Part shown: piece after piece, positions 1 to 10,096 of the stretch | How positions within the stretch are numbered: position 1 is the stretch's first letter | Layout: each line of letters begins with the position of its first letter | Assembly (NCBI GenBank): GCA_027030565.1 | Contig: JALVEU010000057.1 | Span: 1 to 41,474 of the forward strand | Length of the DNA: 41,474 nucleotides | Direction of reading: 5' to 3' | Source: Gammaproteobacteria bacterium | GTDB lineage: Bacteria; Pseudomonadota; Gammaproteobacteria; JAJDOJ01 | Notes under the pieces: model-generated | What the model was told of the DNA's origin: nothing | Databases searched by the model: none | Seen by the model: only the letters and a program-made list of their open reading frames with translations | Translations under genes and position numbers: made by a program

Positions 1-998
1 CCGTCCGGGGCCGTGTTGCAGCCGTGCGGGCTGTTGGAGATGGGGATATAGCGCGTATAGGGCGAGCCCTTGCGCCCGTCCAGCACCGGTACCCCGTTCA
101 TCTCCTTGAAATCGCCCTTCTTGACCCCCTCCTCGATGCGCTTGATGTCGAACACCACGGCCCAGTCCTGCTCGTTGGCCGTCATCTCCTCCAGGGTGAC
201 GCCCTCCTCGCCGTTGTAGCAGGTCGAGACCGCATAGCGACCCTGGTAGTCGGCGTCGCAGTTGTCGAGGTTGCCGTCCACGATCACTTGCCAGGCCACC
301 TTCATGGTGTCGCCGTCGATGGCCGTGAAGATGGCGTGGTACTTCTCCGGCTCGTCCAGGACACTGCCGTCGTTGGGCATCGGTACCCGGTGCTCGCCGT
401 TGGCGAACACGTAGCCGGTGCGCGGATATTTCTGCGGGCGCAGGCCGTGGATGTCGGCGGCGTTGGGAATCTCGATGATCTTGTCGCACTTCATGACGTC
501 GCAACGGACCCGCGCCACGCGGGTGTTGGCCTTGTCGTTCATGAACAGGTAACGCCCGTCGTAGGTGCCGTCCGTGAACGACATGTGTGGATGGTGCAAA
601 TCGCCGTTGAGCCAGATGCCACCGCGTGATTCCAGGAATTTCCTGGTTTCCGGCAGCAAGCCCTCGGTGAGGATCTTGCGGCTCTCGTTGGTCAGCCCCC
701 AGCCGGTGGCGCTGCAGCGATTGAACACCGGGATGCGCATCAGCTCACGCATGGACGGCACGCCGAACACGCGCAGCTCGCCCGTCTGCCCGCTGCTCCA
801 GAAACCGTAGTACTCGTCGAGATCACCCGGCGCCACTTCGGCCCTGTTCCGGCGCGCCGCTCGTGTGACGGACGGCGCCAACAGCGCACCGGTCAATCCT
901 GCCACCCCGCCGGTGCCGGCAAGCGTCGCGAGTTTGAGTGATCCTCCAAGCAATTCCCTGCGGGTGATGCCCTCCCCTGGTTCGCGTTTGCTGGACAT
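1..998 (-). CDS. nosZ: Nitrous-oxide reductase NosZ, N-terminal about 332 codons; the 3' part lies beyond the left window edge
   Basis: Absent from the ORF track because it has no stop in the window. My reverse-strand translation from ATG at about 998 (GGAGG just upstream) reads [31 protein letters not shown] (twin-arginine signal) ...[32 protein letters not shown]...[18 protein letters not shown]...[14 protein letters not shown]. This is colinear with the clade I NosZ beta-propeller. It lies directly downstream of nosR. Confidence 0.9.
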   Translation of the reverse strand, partial: MSSKREPGEGITRRELLGGSLKLATLAGTGGVAGLTGALLAPSVTRAARRNRAEVAPGDLDEYYGFWSSGQTGELRVFGVPSMRELMRIPVFNRCSATGWGLTNESRKILTEGLLPETRKFLESRGGIWLNGDLHHPHMSFTDGTYDGRYLFMNDKANTRVARVRCDVMKCDKIIEIPNAADIHGLRPQKYPRTGYVFANGEHRVPMPNDGSVLDEPEKYHAIFTAIDGDTMKVAWQVIVDGNLDNCDADYQGRYAVSTCYNGEEGVTLEEMTANEQDWAVVFDIKRIEEGVKKGDFKEMNGVPVLDGRKGSPYTRYIPISNSPHGCNTAPD

Positions 999-1082
999 GA
1001 GCTCTACCTCCCTCGGTTCCCAACCGATGTCGGGTTTGACGGATGGCCCCGATCCTGCGCCGGGGTGCCTTTCAAACGGGCT

Positions 1083-3287
1083 TCATCGCTCGGCCTCACG
1101 CTGCCTGCGGATCTCCTCGAGCACCACCGAAACCTCGACCCGGTCGGCGGTGGACAGGGCTGCCGTCCGCTCGCGCCTGAGGCGCTTCTGAATCATCACG
1201 GGACACTTCTGATCGTCGAAATACAGCTCCTGGCAGTGGAGGCAGTACAGACATTCGTTGACGTTGATCTGACCTTCGCGGTGGATCGACTGCACCATGC
1301 ATTCGTTGGCACAACGCTGGCAGGGGCTGCCGCATTCCTTGTAGCGTTTGAGCCATTCGAACATGCGCAGCCGCCCCGGGATTGCCAAGGCTGCGCCCAG
1401 CGGGCAGATGTAGCGGCAGTAGAAGCGCTCCACGAACAGACCCGCCGCCAACGTCAACACGGCAAACAACACGAAGGGCCACTCACGCGCAAACTTGAGC
1501 ACGATAGCGGTCTTGAAGGGCTCGACTTCTGCCAGTCGCTCTGCCCAGCCCAGGGAATGGAGCGAAAAACCAAACAGCACAAGAAAGATGACGTACTTGA
1601 CGGCCCAGAGCCGTTCATGCAGTGCCCAAGGCACCGTCCACTGCGGAATCCGCACGGCCTTGGCCAGCTTGCTGATCAGCTCCTGCAGGGCCCCGAACGG
1701 ACACAGCCAGCCGCAGTAGGGACCGCGGCCCCAGAACAGCAACCCCGCTGCAGTCGCCCCCCAGAGCACGAAGATCAGCGGCTCCATGAGGAAATACTCC
1801 CAGTCGAAGCCACTCGCCAGGGCATTGAACACGGTGAGGATGTTCACCACCGAAAGCTGCGCATTTGCATACCAGCCGATCCCCACCAGAGTGAACAACA
1901 GAAACCCGACCCGCAGCGTCTCCTTCAGCCGGGGACGCTGCACCACCCAGTTCTGGAAGAAAAAGATCAGCGTCAGAAGCCCCAGCGCCATCACCAGCAC
2001 GGACAGCTCGATCCGTTTGGCGACCCACATTTTGGTCCACAGCGGGGCCTTCGGGCCGAACAGCTCGGGAAACAGCGCGGCCAACCCCCCGGGCGCCTCC
2101 GGGGCGGGCAAGGGTTTGAGATAGCGCTGCGGCAACCGATAATCGAGATCGAAAGTCAGAAAGGCCTTGGTGGTAGGCCCCGTTCTGCGCCCCACCAGCA
2201 GCTCCACGCGCCACGGTCCGGCCGGATCCAGCTTTTGGTCTTCCGGGACGATGAATAGATCCACCTCATCCAGGTCGGGGGCACCTTCGGCTGCGATCGC
2301 CCGCAGCCGCTGGTGATCTCGGTCCCGAAACCGGATCAGCGTGTCCCCTTGGATGACCTGGAAACGATCAAAGATGCCGCCCCGGACGTATCCCGAGCCC
2401 TTGAACGAATAGCGGCCGCGGGCGGCCAGGAGGATGGCCTGCTGGCCCGGTTTGAGCCGGGCGGTCAGATTGGCATAGCGGCGTTCGCCGAGCAGGCTGC
2501 GGCCGATGGTGGGCACCGAGACCAGGGCCGCATAGAGGTCGATGAACAGGTCGTTCGGATCGCCCGGCTCCGGACGCTGGGCCGCCTGCGGGTCCCCCAG
2601 CCGTTCAAAGGCGGCATTGACCTGGCCGATGGTCAGCTTCAGGTGGGCCACCGAGCCATCCTCCAGCAGGGCTCGCCAGCTCCGAACCTCGGACAGCGCC
2701 ATATCCACCTCGGGGCGGGGACCCTCGTGCTCCGGTTCCGGACCGAGACCGCCCAGCCTCAAGGCGCGCGCCACCTTGATGGCAGAGCGCAGGATGCTGT
2801 CGTCGATCACCATGACCGTGACGGTGGCCCCGGTCACCACGTCAAACTCGTGATCCTGCACCTCACCACGTGCAATCGCCGCTACGTCCAGCCCTCGGTA
2901 TACGTCCAGCACCCGAATGATGCGCTCTTCGGGAATGCCCACGAGCACGATCGGCTCGTGGTGCTCGACCAGGGTTGCCTGGCGGATCACCGCCTCTTTG
3001 TCCATGGCGACCAACACACGGATCGGCTTGCCGGAGTATCCGATGGCATTGGCGAAGTCGGCGTTCAGGAACAGATATCCGAGCAGCTCGCCTCCCGCAT
3101 ATGCGGGGGCCACCGGCAGGTCTTTTCGCAGGGGACCGATCTGGTCCGCACCAGGGTATAGCTGAGCAGGCGAAACGCCTTGTATGAATCGGGATATCGC
3201 AGCCTCCGCCGCCACCTGGGTGCACCACAACACACCGATTGCCGCAACCAGCAGAACGGTGCTACGTTGTAACCAGACCGCGCGCAT
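1083..3287 (-). CDS. nosR: NosR/NirI-family membrane flavo-iron-sulfur protein needed for N2O reductase function
   Basis: 734-aa track ORF. It has an N-terminal signal/TM, a periplasmic FMN-binding-type region, several TM helices, paired CX3CP motifs (CGWLCPFGALQE, CRYICPLGA) and C-terminal ferredoxin-type Cys clusters (CGSPCQRCANEC, CLYCLHCQ). It sits immediately upstream of nosZ. Confidence 0.9.
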   Translation of the reverse strand: MRAVWLQRSTVLLVAAIGVLWCTQVAAEAAISRFIQGVSPAQLYPGADQIGPLRKDLPVAPAYAGGELLGYLFLNADFANAIGYSGKPIRVLVAMDKEAVIRQATLVEHHEPIVLVGIPEERIIRVLDVYRGLDVAAIARGEVQDHEFDVVTGATVTVMVIDDSILRSAIKVARALRLGGLGPEPEHEGPRPEVDMALSEVRSWRALLEDGSVAHLKLTIGQVNAAFERLGDPQAAQRPEPGDPNDLFIDLYAALVSVPTIGRSLLGERRYANLTARLKPGQQAILLAARGRYSFKGSGYVRGGIFDRFQVIQGDTLIRFRDRDHQRLRAIAAEGAPDLDEVDLFIVPEDQKLDPAGPWRVELLVGRRTGPTTKAFLTFDLDYRLPQRYLKPLPAPEAPGGLAALFPELFGPKAPLWTKMWVAKRIELSVLVMALGLLTLIFFFQNWVVQRPRLKETLRVGFLLFTLVGIGWYANAQLSVVNILTVFNALASGFDWEYFLMEPLIFVLWGATAAGLLFWGRGPYCGWLCPFGALQELISKLAKAVRIPQWTVPWALHERLWAVKYVIFLVLFGFSLHSLGWAERLAEVEPFKTAIVLKFAREWPFVLFAVLTLAAGLFVERFYCRYICPLGAALAIPGRLRMFEWLKRYKECGSPCQRCANECMVQSIHREGQINVNECLYCLHCQELYFDDQKCPVMIQKRLRRERTAALSTADRVEVSVVLEEIRRQREAER

Positions 3288-3400
3288 CAGCCGCTACGCA
3301 TGACAGACGCCGGTTCGGAATGGGGTAAGGGCGGGCATCAGCCGCAGGCACCGCAGGACCGTTGTGAGGCACACGTAATCACAAGCCGATGCCCGGGCAC

Positions 3401-3414
3401 TTGACCCAGCTCAA
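3401..3414. promoter_or_regulatory. FNR/DNR-type box candidate TTGAC-CCAG-CTCAA in the nosR / ferritin-like divergent intergenic region
   Basis: 8/10 match to TTGAT-N4-ATCAA. It lies about 115 bp upstream of the nosR start and 40-80 bp upstream of the two candidate starts of the divergent gene. Confidence 0.4.
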
Positions 3415-3452
3415 CAAAGCCGTTTTCAATGCCTCCCGAGCCCCTCGTTTGA

Positions 3453-4262
3453 GTGCCAGCGCCGAGAGCCCCCACTGCCGGTATGAACGCAAGAGACGAA
3501 CTGGACCCCGGCGACATCACCTCCGTGGCACACCTGCTCTCGGCCGCGATGGCCGCCGAACACGAGGCGGTCCGCCGGTACCGGGCCCTGGCGGAACAGA
3601 TACGCGAAGCGGGTAATCAAGAGGTCGCCGCCCTGTTCGAGCGACTGATGGAGGAGGAGCGCGGCCATGAGCAGCAGCTCGAACAATGGGCCGCCGAGGC
3701 GGGCGTCACGCCCGATACGGAGACGCGGGGCGTCCAGTGGCGTCACCCCGCGGTGCGCAGCGACCACGATGCCGAGGCGGTGGACCCGGCCCGCAGCACG
3801 CCTTACAAGGCGCTGTCCTTCGCGGTGCACAACGAGGAGCGCGCATTCCGTTTCTATGCCTATGTCGCGGCGTTCGGCCGGGACGCACGGCTACGCGACT
3901 ACGCCGAACGGCTGGCCCACGAGGAGCTGGCCCATGCAGCCCTGCTGCGCTCGATGCGCCGCAGGGCCTGGCGCAAGGAACGAGAGAGCGGCGATCGGCA
4001 GCCGGAGCTGGACGTCCGCCAGATCCGGACCGTGCAGGATCTGACCCACACCGCCGCGCGAATCGAAGAAAGGCTGGAGGTGCTGGAGAGGCGGGCCGGT
4101 GAGGACGACCAGGCCTTGGCGGCGCTACGCGCCGCCTGCGACGAAGCCTTCGACTTCTACGATGCGCTGGTGCAGCGGACCGACGACGAAGCAACGCTGC
4201 TGGAGGCCCAGCGTCTCGGCAAGGCCATGCTCACCCGGATCCGGAATCTGCCGCCTCCCTGA
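3453..4262 (+). CDS. Ferritin-like / rubrerythrin-family di-iron protein (two four-helix halves)
   Basis: 269-aa track ORF. Two ExxH-type motifs sit in helical contexts (LMEEERGHEQQL and LAHEELAHAALL), with AEHEAVRRY and NEERAFRFY partner helices. The start is uncertain: GTG 3453 or ATG 3483 (MNARDEL), neither with a strong SD. Confidence 0.6.
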   Translation: MPAPRAPTAGMNARDELDPGDITSVAHLLSAAMAAEHEAVRRYRALAEQIREAGNQEVAALFERLMEEERGHEQQLEQWAAEAGVTPDTETRGVQWRHPAVRSDHDAEAVDPARSTPYKALSFAVHNEERAFRFYAYVAAFGRDARLRDYAERLAHEELAHAALLRSMRRRAWRKERESGDRQPELDVRQIRTVQDLTHTAARIEERLEVLERRAGEDDQALAALRAACDEAFDFYDALVQRTDDEATLLEAQRLGKAMLTRIRNLPPP

Positions 4263-4272
4263 CCCTGCGGTC

Positions 4273-4290
4273 TGCGTTGCGGGCAACGCA
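4273..4290. terminator. GC-rich hairpin between convergent genes (TGCGTTGC-GG-GCAACGCA)
   Basis: Perfect 8-nt inverted arms lie between the stop at 4262 (+) and the stop at 4308 (-). There is no U-tract on either strand, so terminator function is only suggested. Confidence 0.3.
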
Positions 4291-4307
4291 CCGGGATCGC
4301 TCCCAGT

Positions 4308-4718
4308 TCAGCGCGGCCCCTCCTCCAACCGGAAGTCGAGGCGCACCACCTCACCGGATCGAATCCGCACCGCCTGCGTGCTCGGCGTGTAACCCTGGGC
4401 CCGCACGGTGAGGTCGTACTCGCCCGCTGGCAGCGGCCAGACGTACCGGCCTTCGGCATCGGAAGTCCTGGCGATTTCGGGAATGGCCGGGGCTGGCCCC
4501 GGCCCCCGGAACCGGGGCGTGACCACCGCGCCGGCCACGGGCCGGCCGGCGGAGGTGGTGACCCGCCCCATCACCCCTTGGCGAATCGCTGGTCGCTCAC
4601 CGTTCATCGTGGGGCTGCTCACCGGGTTGTCCAGCGCGTCGGTCCCAGCGCCGCAGCCGCTGAAGCACCCCAGCAGCCCCACCAGGAACCCGATCCGGAT
4701 CGAGCCGGTGTAGACCAT
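4308..4718 (-). CDS. Lipoprotein with a carboxypeptidase-regulatory-like (Ig-like beta-sandwich) domain
   Basis: Start moved to the internal ATG at 4718, 29 nt after the protease stop and behind a G-rich SD. MVYTGSIRIGFLVGLLGCFSGC is a lipobox-like signal. GRVTTSAGRPVAGAVV...DAEGRYVWPLPAGEYDLTVRAQGYTP...VVRLDFRL matches the CarboxypepD_reg pattern. Confidence 0.65.
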   Translation of the reverse strand: MVYTGSIRIGFLVGLLGCFSGCGAGTDALDNPVSSPTMNGERPAIRQGVMGRVTTSAGRPVAGAVVTPRFRGPGPAPAIPEIARTSDAEGRYVWPLPAGEYDLTVRAQGYTPSTQAVRIRSGEVVRLDFRLEEGPR

Positions 4719-4746
4719 CGGACGCCTCCCCAGTCTCCGGGCCCGG

Positions 4747-5745
4747 CTAGTTCTGGTCGTTGATCCAGGCCACCAGGTTCTCGAAGACCTGCTTGCTGAT
4801 CCGGATGCCGTGGGTGTACTTGGCATGCACGCCCCAGCCGTGCTGGGCATAGGCATGGACGCCGATGATGAACGGGCCGTTGCGATCGTACCAGACCGGA
4901 CTGCCGCTCATGCCGCCGAAGGTGTCGTTGGTGTAGAAGATCTGTCGCGCGGTCAGCGCACGCACCTTGTCCACGCTGAACCATTGCTCCAGGGGCTTGT
5001 CCCCAGGGTAGCCCTGGATGATGGTGGGCTGCCCCTTCGGGTCCGTGGCGGTGACCCCGAACCATCCGGTCTGACGGCCCACGCTGCAATTGAGCTTGAT
5101 GGCCCCGTAGTCGAACTCCTCCCTGCCCTGCTCGGCCCAGCCGCTGACGGTGTAGAGCCGCTTCGCGGTACAAGACCCGAACGGTGTCTTACGGGCATCC
5201 TTTGCCGGAAAGACCTTGACGTCGTCATACCAAGTCCCCCAAGCACCATCGTGTACACAGTGACCGGCCGTCAATACCGTGTCCTTGCTGATCATCGCCC
5301 CGGAGCAGCGTCCCCACCCGAAGGTGACCAGCACCGTGGCCCTGGCGGGATAACCGGTGCTGTAGGTACGCTGGCGCAGGTCCGGGCCGATGATGTTCTC
5401 CCTACCGGAAAACCCTTTCGCTTCCCCGGTGTTCTGCGCATGTAGGCCGGGGACCGGCAGCTTGACCAGCCGCTGGAATTCCTCCTCGGGCGTGGTGCCC
5501 AGATCATAGATCTCCACACCCTCTTGCAGCAGTCCCCGGGTCCTTCCCCTCCTCTTACCCACGCCCTTGAACGGCTTGGTGAACAAGCGCTTCGGGGCCT
5601 TGGCCTTGAAAACTTCCACGGGTCCGTTGCCGTCGCTGGACACCGGTCGGTGCCCCCCACGCCCCGCGAATGCGGGCCCTTGCACCATAAGGGCCGTCAC
5701 GCCCACCAGCAGCAACGCATGTTTATTGAATTTCGAGCTCTTCAT
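4747..5745 (-). CDS. Secreted trypsin-fold (S1, glutamyl-endopeptidase-like) serine protease
   Basis: Start set at ATG 5745 (GGGGAG SD), giving MKSSKFNKHALLLVGVTALMVQGPAFA as signal peptide. Catalytic motifs are TAGHCV (His), DYGAIKL (Asp) and GGMSGSPVW (Ser). Confidence 0.8.
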   Translation of the reverse strand: MKSSKFNKHALLLVGVTALMVQGPAFAGRGGHRPVSSDGNGPVEVFKAKAPKRLFTKPFKGVGKRRGRTRGLLQEGVEIYDLGTTPEEEFQRLVKLPVPGLHAQNTGEAKGFSGRENIIGPDLRQRTYSTGYPARATVLVTFGWGRCSGAMISKDTVLTAGHCVHDGAWGTWYDDVKVFPAKDARKTPFGSCTAKRLYTVSGWAEQGREEFDYGAIKLNCSVGRQTGWFGVTATDPKGQPTIIQGYPGDKPLEQWFSVDKVRALTARQIFYTNDTFGGMSGSPVWYDRNGPFIIGVHAYAQHGWGVHAKYTHGIRISKQVFENLVAWINDQN

Positions 5746-6150
5746 TGGCTGAGACTCCCCTGACACAGCTGGACGATCCCATGGTCGTTGGTTAGCGAAT
5801 TCCATGGGGCCTTGTATTGCTTGTTTGTGAAAACATCGATGCGGCGCCCGAACCGCCCCGCAGGTCCAGCAACCTAGCCGGGCGTTAGAAGGTCGGCAGA
5901 ACCACACCGTCCATCTCAAACGCCCGGCATTCTACGCCCAACCTGTGCTATTTTTGTAAAGTTTGGAGCGCATTTTGCTTGTTTCGAGGCGAAACAAAAG
6001 AAAAAATATTGCCTTTGTCACACAGACAGAGGCTGGCGCGATGCAGACAACGCATCGCGCATTGGCACCGAGAAAGAGGTTCGCTACGGATTAGGGCAAG
6101 TCCCGCGGGACAATGCCCGCGGTCGAGCAGCAAGGCCGCAGCAATGGGGC

Positions 6151-6705
6151 TCAGTGGGCCTCGAGCTTGCCCAACTCCTCGAGAATGGATACCACCAGCC
6201 GTTCGCCCTCGGCCCCCATGCCCGCGCACAGGGCCTCGGCGTCCCGCTCGCCGTTGACCAGCCGGCGCATGAGACCCCCCAAGCGCCCCATATCACCACC
6301 CACGCGGGTCATCTCCTCGGCCATGTGGGCAACGAGCTGCAGGGCCTGCACATCGCCCTTGCCGGCCGCATGGATCATGGCCGCCAGGCCTGGGGCGGCC
6401 AAGGACGCATCGCCCAGCTTCTCGGGGTCGGGCAGGGTCTGCGGATCGCGGATGCCCCGGAGTATGGCTTCCACGATGACGGCGTCCTCCTCGTCCAGTC
6501 CCTCGAACAGCCGCGCCGAGCGCTCACCGGCGAGAATCCTGCGGATCGCCCCCACCAAGGCCACCCAGCCGTTCTCCTCGGAGACCCTGAGCGCATGATC
6601 CAACTCCGGGCGCAACTCAGGATTCTGAACGGTGCGCACCACCGCATGGATCAGATTGGCATGGGCGAGCACGATCTGCTCCTGGGCGGGAGGGAGCCGG
6701 GTCAT
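6151..6705 (-). CDS. Hypothetical helical protein with an internal two-fold repeat
   Basis: 184-aa track ORF with good coding look. The repeat is ILAGERSARLFEGLDEEDAVIVEAIL versus LVNGERDAEALCAGMGAEGERLVVSILEEL. It lies 57 nt downstream of the glcG-like gene on the same strand. Confidence 0.55.
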   Translation of the reverse strand: MTRLPPAQEQIVLAHANLIHAVVRTVQNPELRPELDHALRVSEENGWVALVGAIRRILAGERSARLFEGLDEEDAVIVEAILRGIRDPQTLPDPEKLGDASLAAPGLAAMIHAAGKGDVQALQLVAHMAEEMTRVGGDMGRLGGLMRRLVNGERDAEALCAGMGAEGERLVVSILEELGKLEAH

Positions 6706-6762
6706 GGGACATCATCCGGGTTTCGAATACGAGTGCGGCCAGCTTAGCACGCTAGGGCCGTG

Positions 6763-7278
6763 TTACTCATCGTCCTCGAAGAAGTCCAGACGATCGGCCA
6801 CGGCCTCCAAGGCCGCCACGGCACAGGCCTCGTCCTTGTCGCCGCCCGGTGCACCACTTACCCCCACGGCGCCGATCAGCGATCCGCTGGACTGGATGGG
6901 GACACCTCCGGCGAGCACGATGATGTCGTGGATCTCGTTGAGATCGCGGCGGATCCCTGCCCGATTCTCGGCGAACGCACTCGTGGACACCCCTCCCATG
7001 AGCGCCGCATTGGCCTTGCGCCGGGCGATCTCCGTCGTGAACCGCGTCGCGTAGGCGTCGCGCAGCACCGCCACCACGTTGGCGCCACGATCCACCACCA
7101 CCACCGAGACCTGGTAGCCATCCTTGCGGCAGGCCTGCATGGTCTTGATGGCGATTTCCATGGCGAGCTCCGCGCCCACGTTGCGCGTCGTGACCACGTC
7201 CACCGCCTGGGCCGGTGTCACGGCCCCCAGCAGCCAGACACCCAAACCGCACCACATCGTCCGCATTGCATTCGTCAT
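6763..7278 (-). CDS. GlcG/HbpS-like (DUF336) haem-binding protein, secreted
   Basis: ATG at 7278 follows GGAGGTGTGGAG. The signal peptide is MTNAMRTMWCGLGVWLLGAVTPAQA. VVVVDRGANVVAVLRDA...GGVPI...GAVGVSGAPGGDKDEACA is the DUF336 signature. Confidence 0.75.
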   Translation of the reverse strand: MTNAMRTMWCGLGVWLLGAVTPAQAVDVVTTRNVGAELAMEIAIKTMQACRKDGYQVSVVVVDRGANVVAVLRDAYATRFTTEIARRKANAALMGGVSTSAFAENRAGIRRDLNEIHDIIVLAGGVPIQSSGSLIGAVGVSGAPGGDKDEACAVAALEAVADRLDFFEDDE

Positions 7279-7378
7279 CTCCACACCTCCCATACATCGG
7301 TTGCTACGCTGGTTCCTCCGGGCGGGCCGCTTGAACCGCTTGCCAACGAGGCCCGCCGGGCCGACGCCGGGTTCACAC

Positions 7379-9016
7379 TCATGCGGTCACCCGCGCCACC
7401 ATGGCCTGCGCCTCCTCCTGGATGCGTCGTAGATGCTCCTCGCCGAGGAAACTCTCCGCATAGATCTTATAGACATCTTCGGTCCCCGAGGGGCGCACCG
7501 CGAACCAGCCATTGCGTGCCACCACCTTGAGCCCGCCGATGGGGGCATCGTTACCCGGCGCGCGGGTGAGGATGGCCTCGATGGGCTCGCCCGCCAGCGT
7601 GTCGGAGGCGATCTCCTCCGGGCGCAGTGCCTTGAGGCGTTCCTTGACCCGGGGTTCGGTCGGCACGTCGATGCGCGCATAGATCGGAGCGCCGTACTGC
7701 GCCTCCAGGTCGGCATAGTATGCCCCGGGATCGCGCCCGGCGCGGGCGGTGATCTCGGCGGCCAGTAACGCCAGAATGATCCCGTCCTTGTCCGTCGTCC
7801 ATACTGCCGCATTCCTGCGCAGGAAGGTGGCCCCGGCGCTCTCCTCGCCTCCGAAGACGATCTCACCGGCCATTAGGGGCTCCACGAACCACTTGAAGCC
7901 CACCGGCACCTCCACCACCCGCCGCCCCAGCCCGGCGGCCACCCGGTCGATCATGGAACTGCTCACCAGTGTCTTGCCGATGCCGGCCCCGGTGGGCCAC
8001 TGGGGCCGATTGCGCGCCAGGTAGTCGATGGCCACCGCCAGGTAGTGATTGGGGTTCATGAGGCCGCGACCGGGTGTGACGATGCCGTGGCGGTCGAAGT
8101 CCGTATCGTTGCCGAAGGCGATGTCGAAGCGGTCCTTGAGCGCCACCAGCCCCGCCATGGCATAGGGCGAGGAGCAGTCCATGCGGATCTTGCCGTCGTG
8201 ATCCAGGTGCATGAACGAAAAGGCCGGATCCGGATGGTGGTGGAAGACTTCCATGTCCAGACCGTAGCGCTTCGCGATGGCCGGCCAGTACGCCAACCCC
8301 GAGCCCCCCATGGCATCGGCGCCGATGCGGATGCCCGCTGCGGCGATGGCCTCCATATCGATCGCGTGCTGCAGGTCTTCCACGTAGGGCGTCACGTAGT
8401 CGTGGGCCTCGACGCCGGCGGCGGCCAGGGCCTCGTCCACCGACACACGCCGAACCGCGGTGAGGCCCCCTTCGAGAATCGCGTTGGCCCGCGCCTCCAC
8501 CCAGCCCGTGACGTCGGTGTCGGCAGGTCCCCCATGGGGCGGGTTGTATTTGAACCCGCCATCGCTGGGCGGATTGTGGGAAGGGGTGACGACGATGCCA
8601 TCGGCCTGCGCCCCTCCGGCTGCGTTGTGGGTGAGGATGGCATGGGAGATCACCGGGGTGGGCGTGAATCCGAGACCGCGTGCGTAACGCACGTTCACGC
8701 CATTGGCGGCCAGGACCTGGAGCGCCGTCAAATGCGCCGGCCAGGACAAGGCGTGGGTGTCCATGCCGATGAACAGGGGCCCCTCGATGCCCGCCTCGCG
8801 GCGATATTCCACCACTGCCTGGGTGACCGCCAGGATGTGATCCTCGTTGAAGTTGCGCGACAAGGCGCTGCCGCGATGCCCGGAGGTCCCGAACTGCACC
8901 CGTTGTCGGGGATCGTCTGGATCCGGGTGGCGCGTGTAATAGGCGCTGAGCAGGGCAGGAACATTGACGAGCAGATCGGGCGGCGCCGGCTTGCCGGCCA
9001 GGGGATGGACAGTCAT
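7379..9016 (-). CDS. pgm: Phosphoglucomutase, alpha-D-glucose-phosphate specific
   Basis: 545 aa. N-terminus is [19 protein letters not shown]. The active-site loop is [15 protein letters not shown], followed by [17 protein letters not shown] and GGEESAG motifs in the canonical order. Confidence 0.92.
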   Translation of the reverse strand: MTVHPLAGKPAPPDLLVNVPALLSAYYTRHPDPDDPRQRVQFGTSGHRGSALSRNFNEDHILAVTQAVVEYRREAGIEGPLFIGMDTHALSWPAHLTALQVLAANGVNVRYARGLGFTPTPVISHAILTHNAAGGAQADGIVVTPSHNPPSDGGFKYNPPHGGPADTDVTGWVEARANAILEGGLTAVRRVSVDEALAAAGVEAHDYVTPYVEDLQHAIDMEAIAAAGIRIGADAMGGSGLAYWPAIAKRYGLDMEVFHHHPDPAFSFMHLDHDGKIRMDCSSPYAMAGLVALKDRFDIAFGNDTDFDRHGIVTPGRGLMNPNHYLAVAIDYLARNRPQWPTGAGIGKTLVSSSMIDRVAAGLGRRVVEVPVGFKWFVEPLMAGEIVFGGEESAGATFLRRNAAVWTTDKDGIILALLAAEITARAGRDPGAYYADLEAQYGAPIYARIDVPTEPRVKERLKALRPEEIASDTLAGEPIEAILTRAPGNDAPIGGLKVVARNGWFAVRPSGTEDVYKIYAESFLGEEHLRRIQEEAQAMVARVTA

Positions 9017-9116
9017 GGAAACGACCCTCGGATAAAGGCATCACTGAACAAGAGCCCCGCAAGCATACACGGAGCACCGGAGGCACCGCTTGCCCGAGCG
9101 CGGGGCAGAGGCGCGA

Positions 9117-9812
9117 TCACGGCGGCTGTCCACCCGCCTGCGCCACCCGGTCGCGGAGATACACGGGTTCCACCCGCCCCGGAGGGACGGCCTGGCCCCG
9201 GGTCCAGGCCGCCGCCGCAAGCCGCAGCATCGAAGCGGCGTGGGGCAACGCAGCAGGATCCACGCCGGTCAGCCGGGCGCCCAACCGTGCCCGCAGCGCC
9301 TCGCCATGGGCCGCCCAGCCCGTGCCCACGCCGTAGCAGGGCTCCACCTCCTCGGGCAGCGCCACCGCGCCAGGGGCACAGACCCGCTCGCGGCCGACCG
9401 CGGTCACCAACCCGTCCGGGCCGCGCCGGTACAAGCCCCAGTACACCTCACCCATGCGCGCGTCAATGGCCGTCGCGATCCATTCCACCGCTGCGGCGTC
9501 CGCGGCGCCCTGAGCCAGAGTGGCCAAGGTGGAGACTGGAATCACGGGCAGACCCGCGGCGTAACCGAGTCCTTGTGCCACGCCGATACCGATCCGCACG
9601 CCGGTGAAAGAGCCCGGCCCACGTCCCACCGCCAGCGCATCCAGGTCGGCAAGCCGCAGGCCCGACTGGGCCAGCAGTACTCGGCAGTCGTCCAACACCC
9701 GGTCGGCGTGGCCCCGGGGCGTCACCGCATGCCGCACCTGGACTCCCCCTTCGATCCACAGGCCCACGGTGCAGGCTTCGGTAGCCGTGTCGACGCCCAG
9801 GATCCGCGTCAC
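9117..9812 (-). CDS. tsaB: tRNA t6A37 threonylcarbamoyl-transfer protein TsaB (YeaZ)
   Basis: 231 aa. MTRILGVDTATEACTVGLW...GRGPGSFTGVRIGIGVAQGL is the typical ASKHA-fold TsaB signature. Confidence 0.88.
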   Translation of the reverse strand: MTRILGVDTATEACTVGLWIEGGVQVRHAVTPRGHADRVLDDCRVLLAQSGLRLADLDALAVGRGPGSFTGVRIGIGVAQGLGYAAGLPVIPVSTLATLAQGAADAAAVEWIATAIDARMGEVYWGLYRRGPDGLVTAVGRERVCAPGAVALPEEVEPCYGVGTGWAAHGEALRARLGARLTGVDPAALPHAASMLRLAAAAWTRGQAVPPGRVEPVYLRDRVAQAGGQPP

Positions 9813-10096
9813 GCCCGATCACCCCGTCCGGTAGTCATGAGCCTCGGGATGACTGGCATGCCCCGTTGCGGCAGTCCCGCGTAGTCTCGGTAAGGCCGTC
9901 CACGAGTCCGCTTCGCAGCCAGCCGAAGAGGTCGCCGGCCTGCGCTTCGCGCACCAGGGCATCGACGGCGGGATGGAAGCGGTCGAGCGGCATGGGGGCA
10001 TTCTATCCGCACGCCGGCCCCGGCGTCGGACAAACGCCCCAGGCGGCACGACGAGGAGCGCTCCACGAAAGCGCGGGGACTCTAGAATCAGCTTCC

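Noticed and set aside
3362-3384. TGTGA...TCACA repeat as a CRP/cAMP site
   Set aside because: The half-sites are separated by 11 nt instead of 6, so it does not fit CRP/FNR geometry. I report it only as an unexplained inverted repeat.
5979-5997. Hairpin TTGTTTCG-AGG-CGAAACAA as a Rho-independent terminator
   Set aside because: On the plus strand the run that follows is A-rich. On the minus strand the T-run precedes the stem. The polarity is therefore wrong for an intrinsic terminator in either direction.
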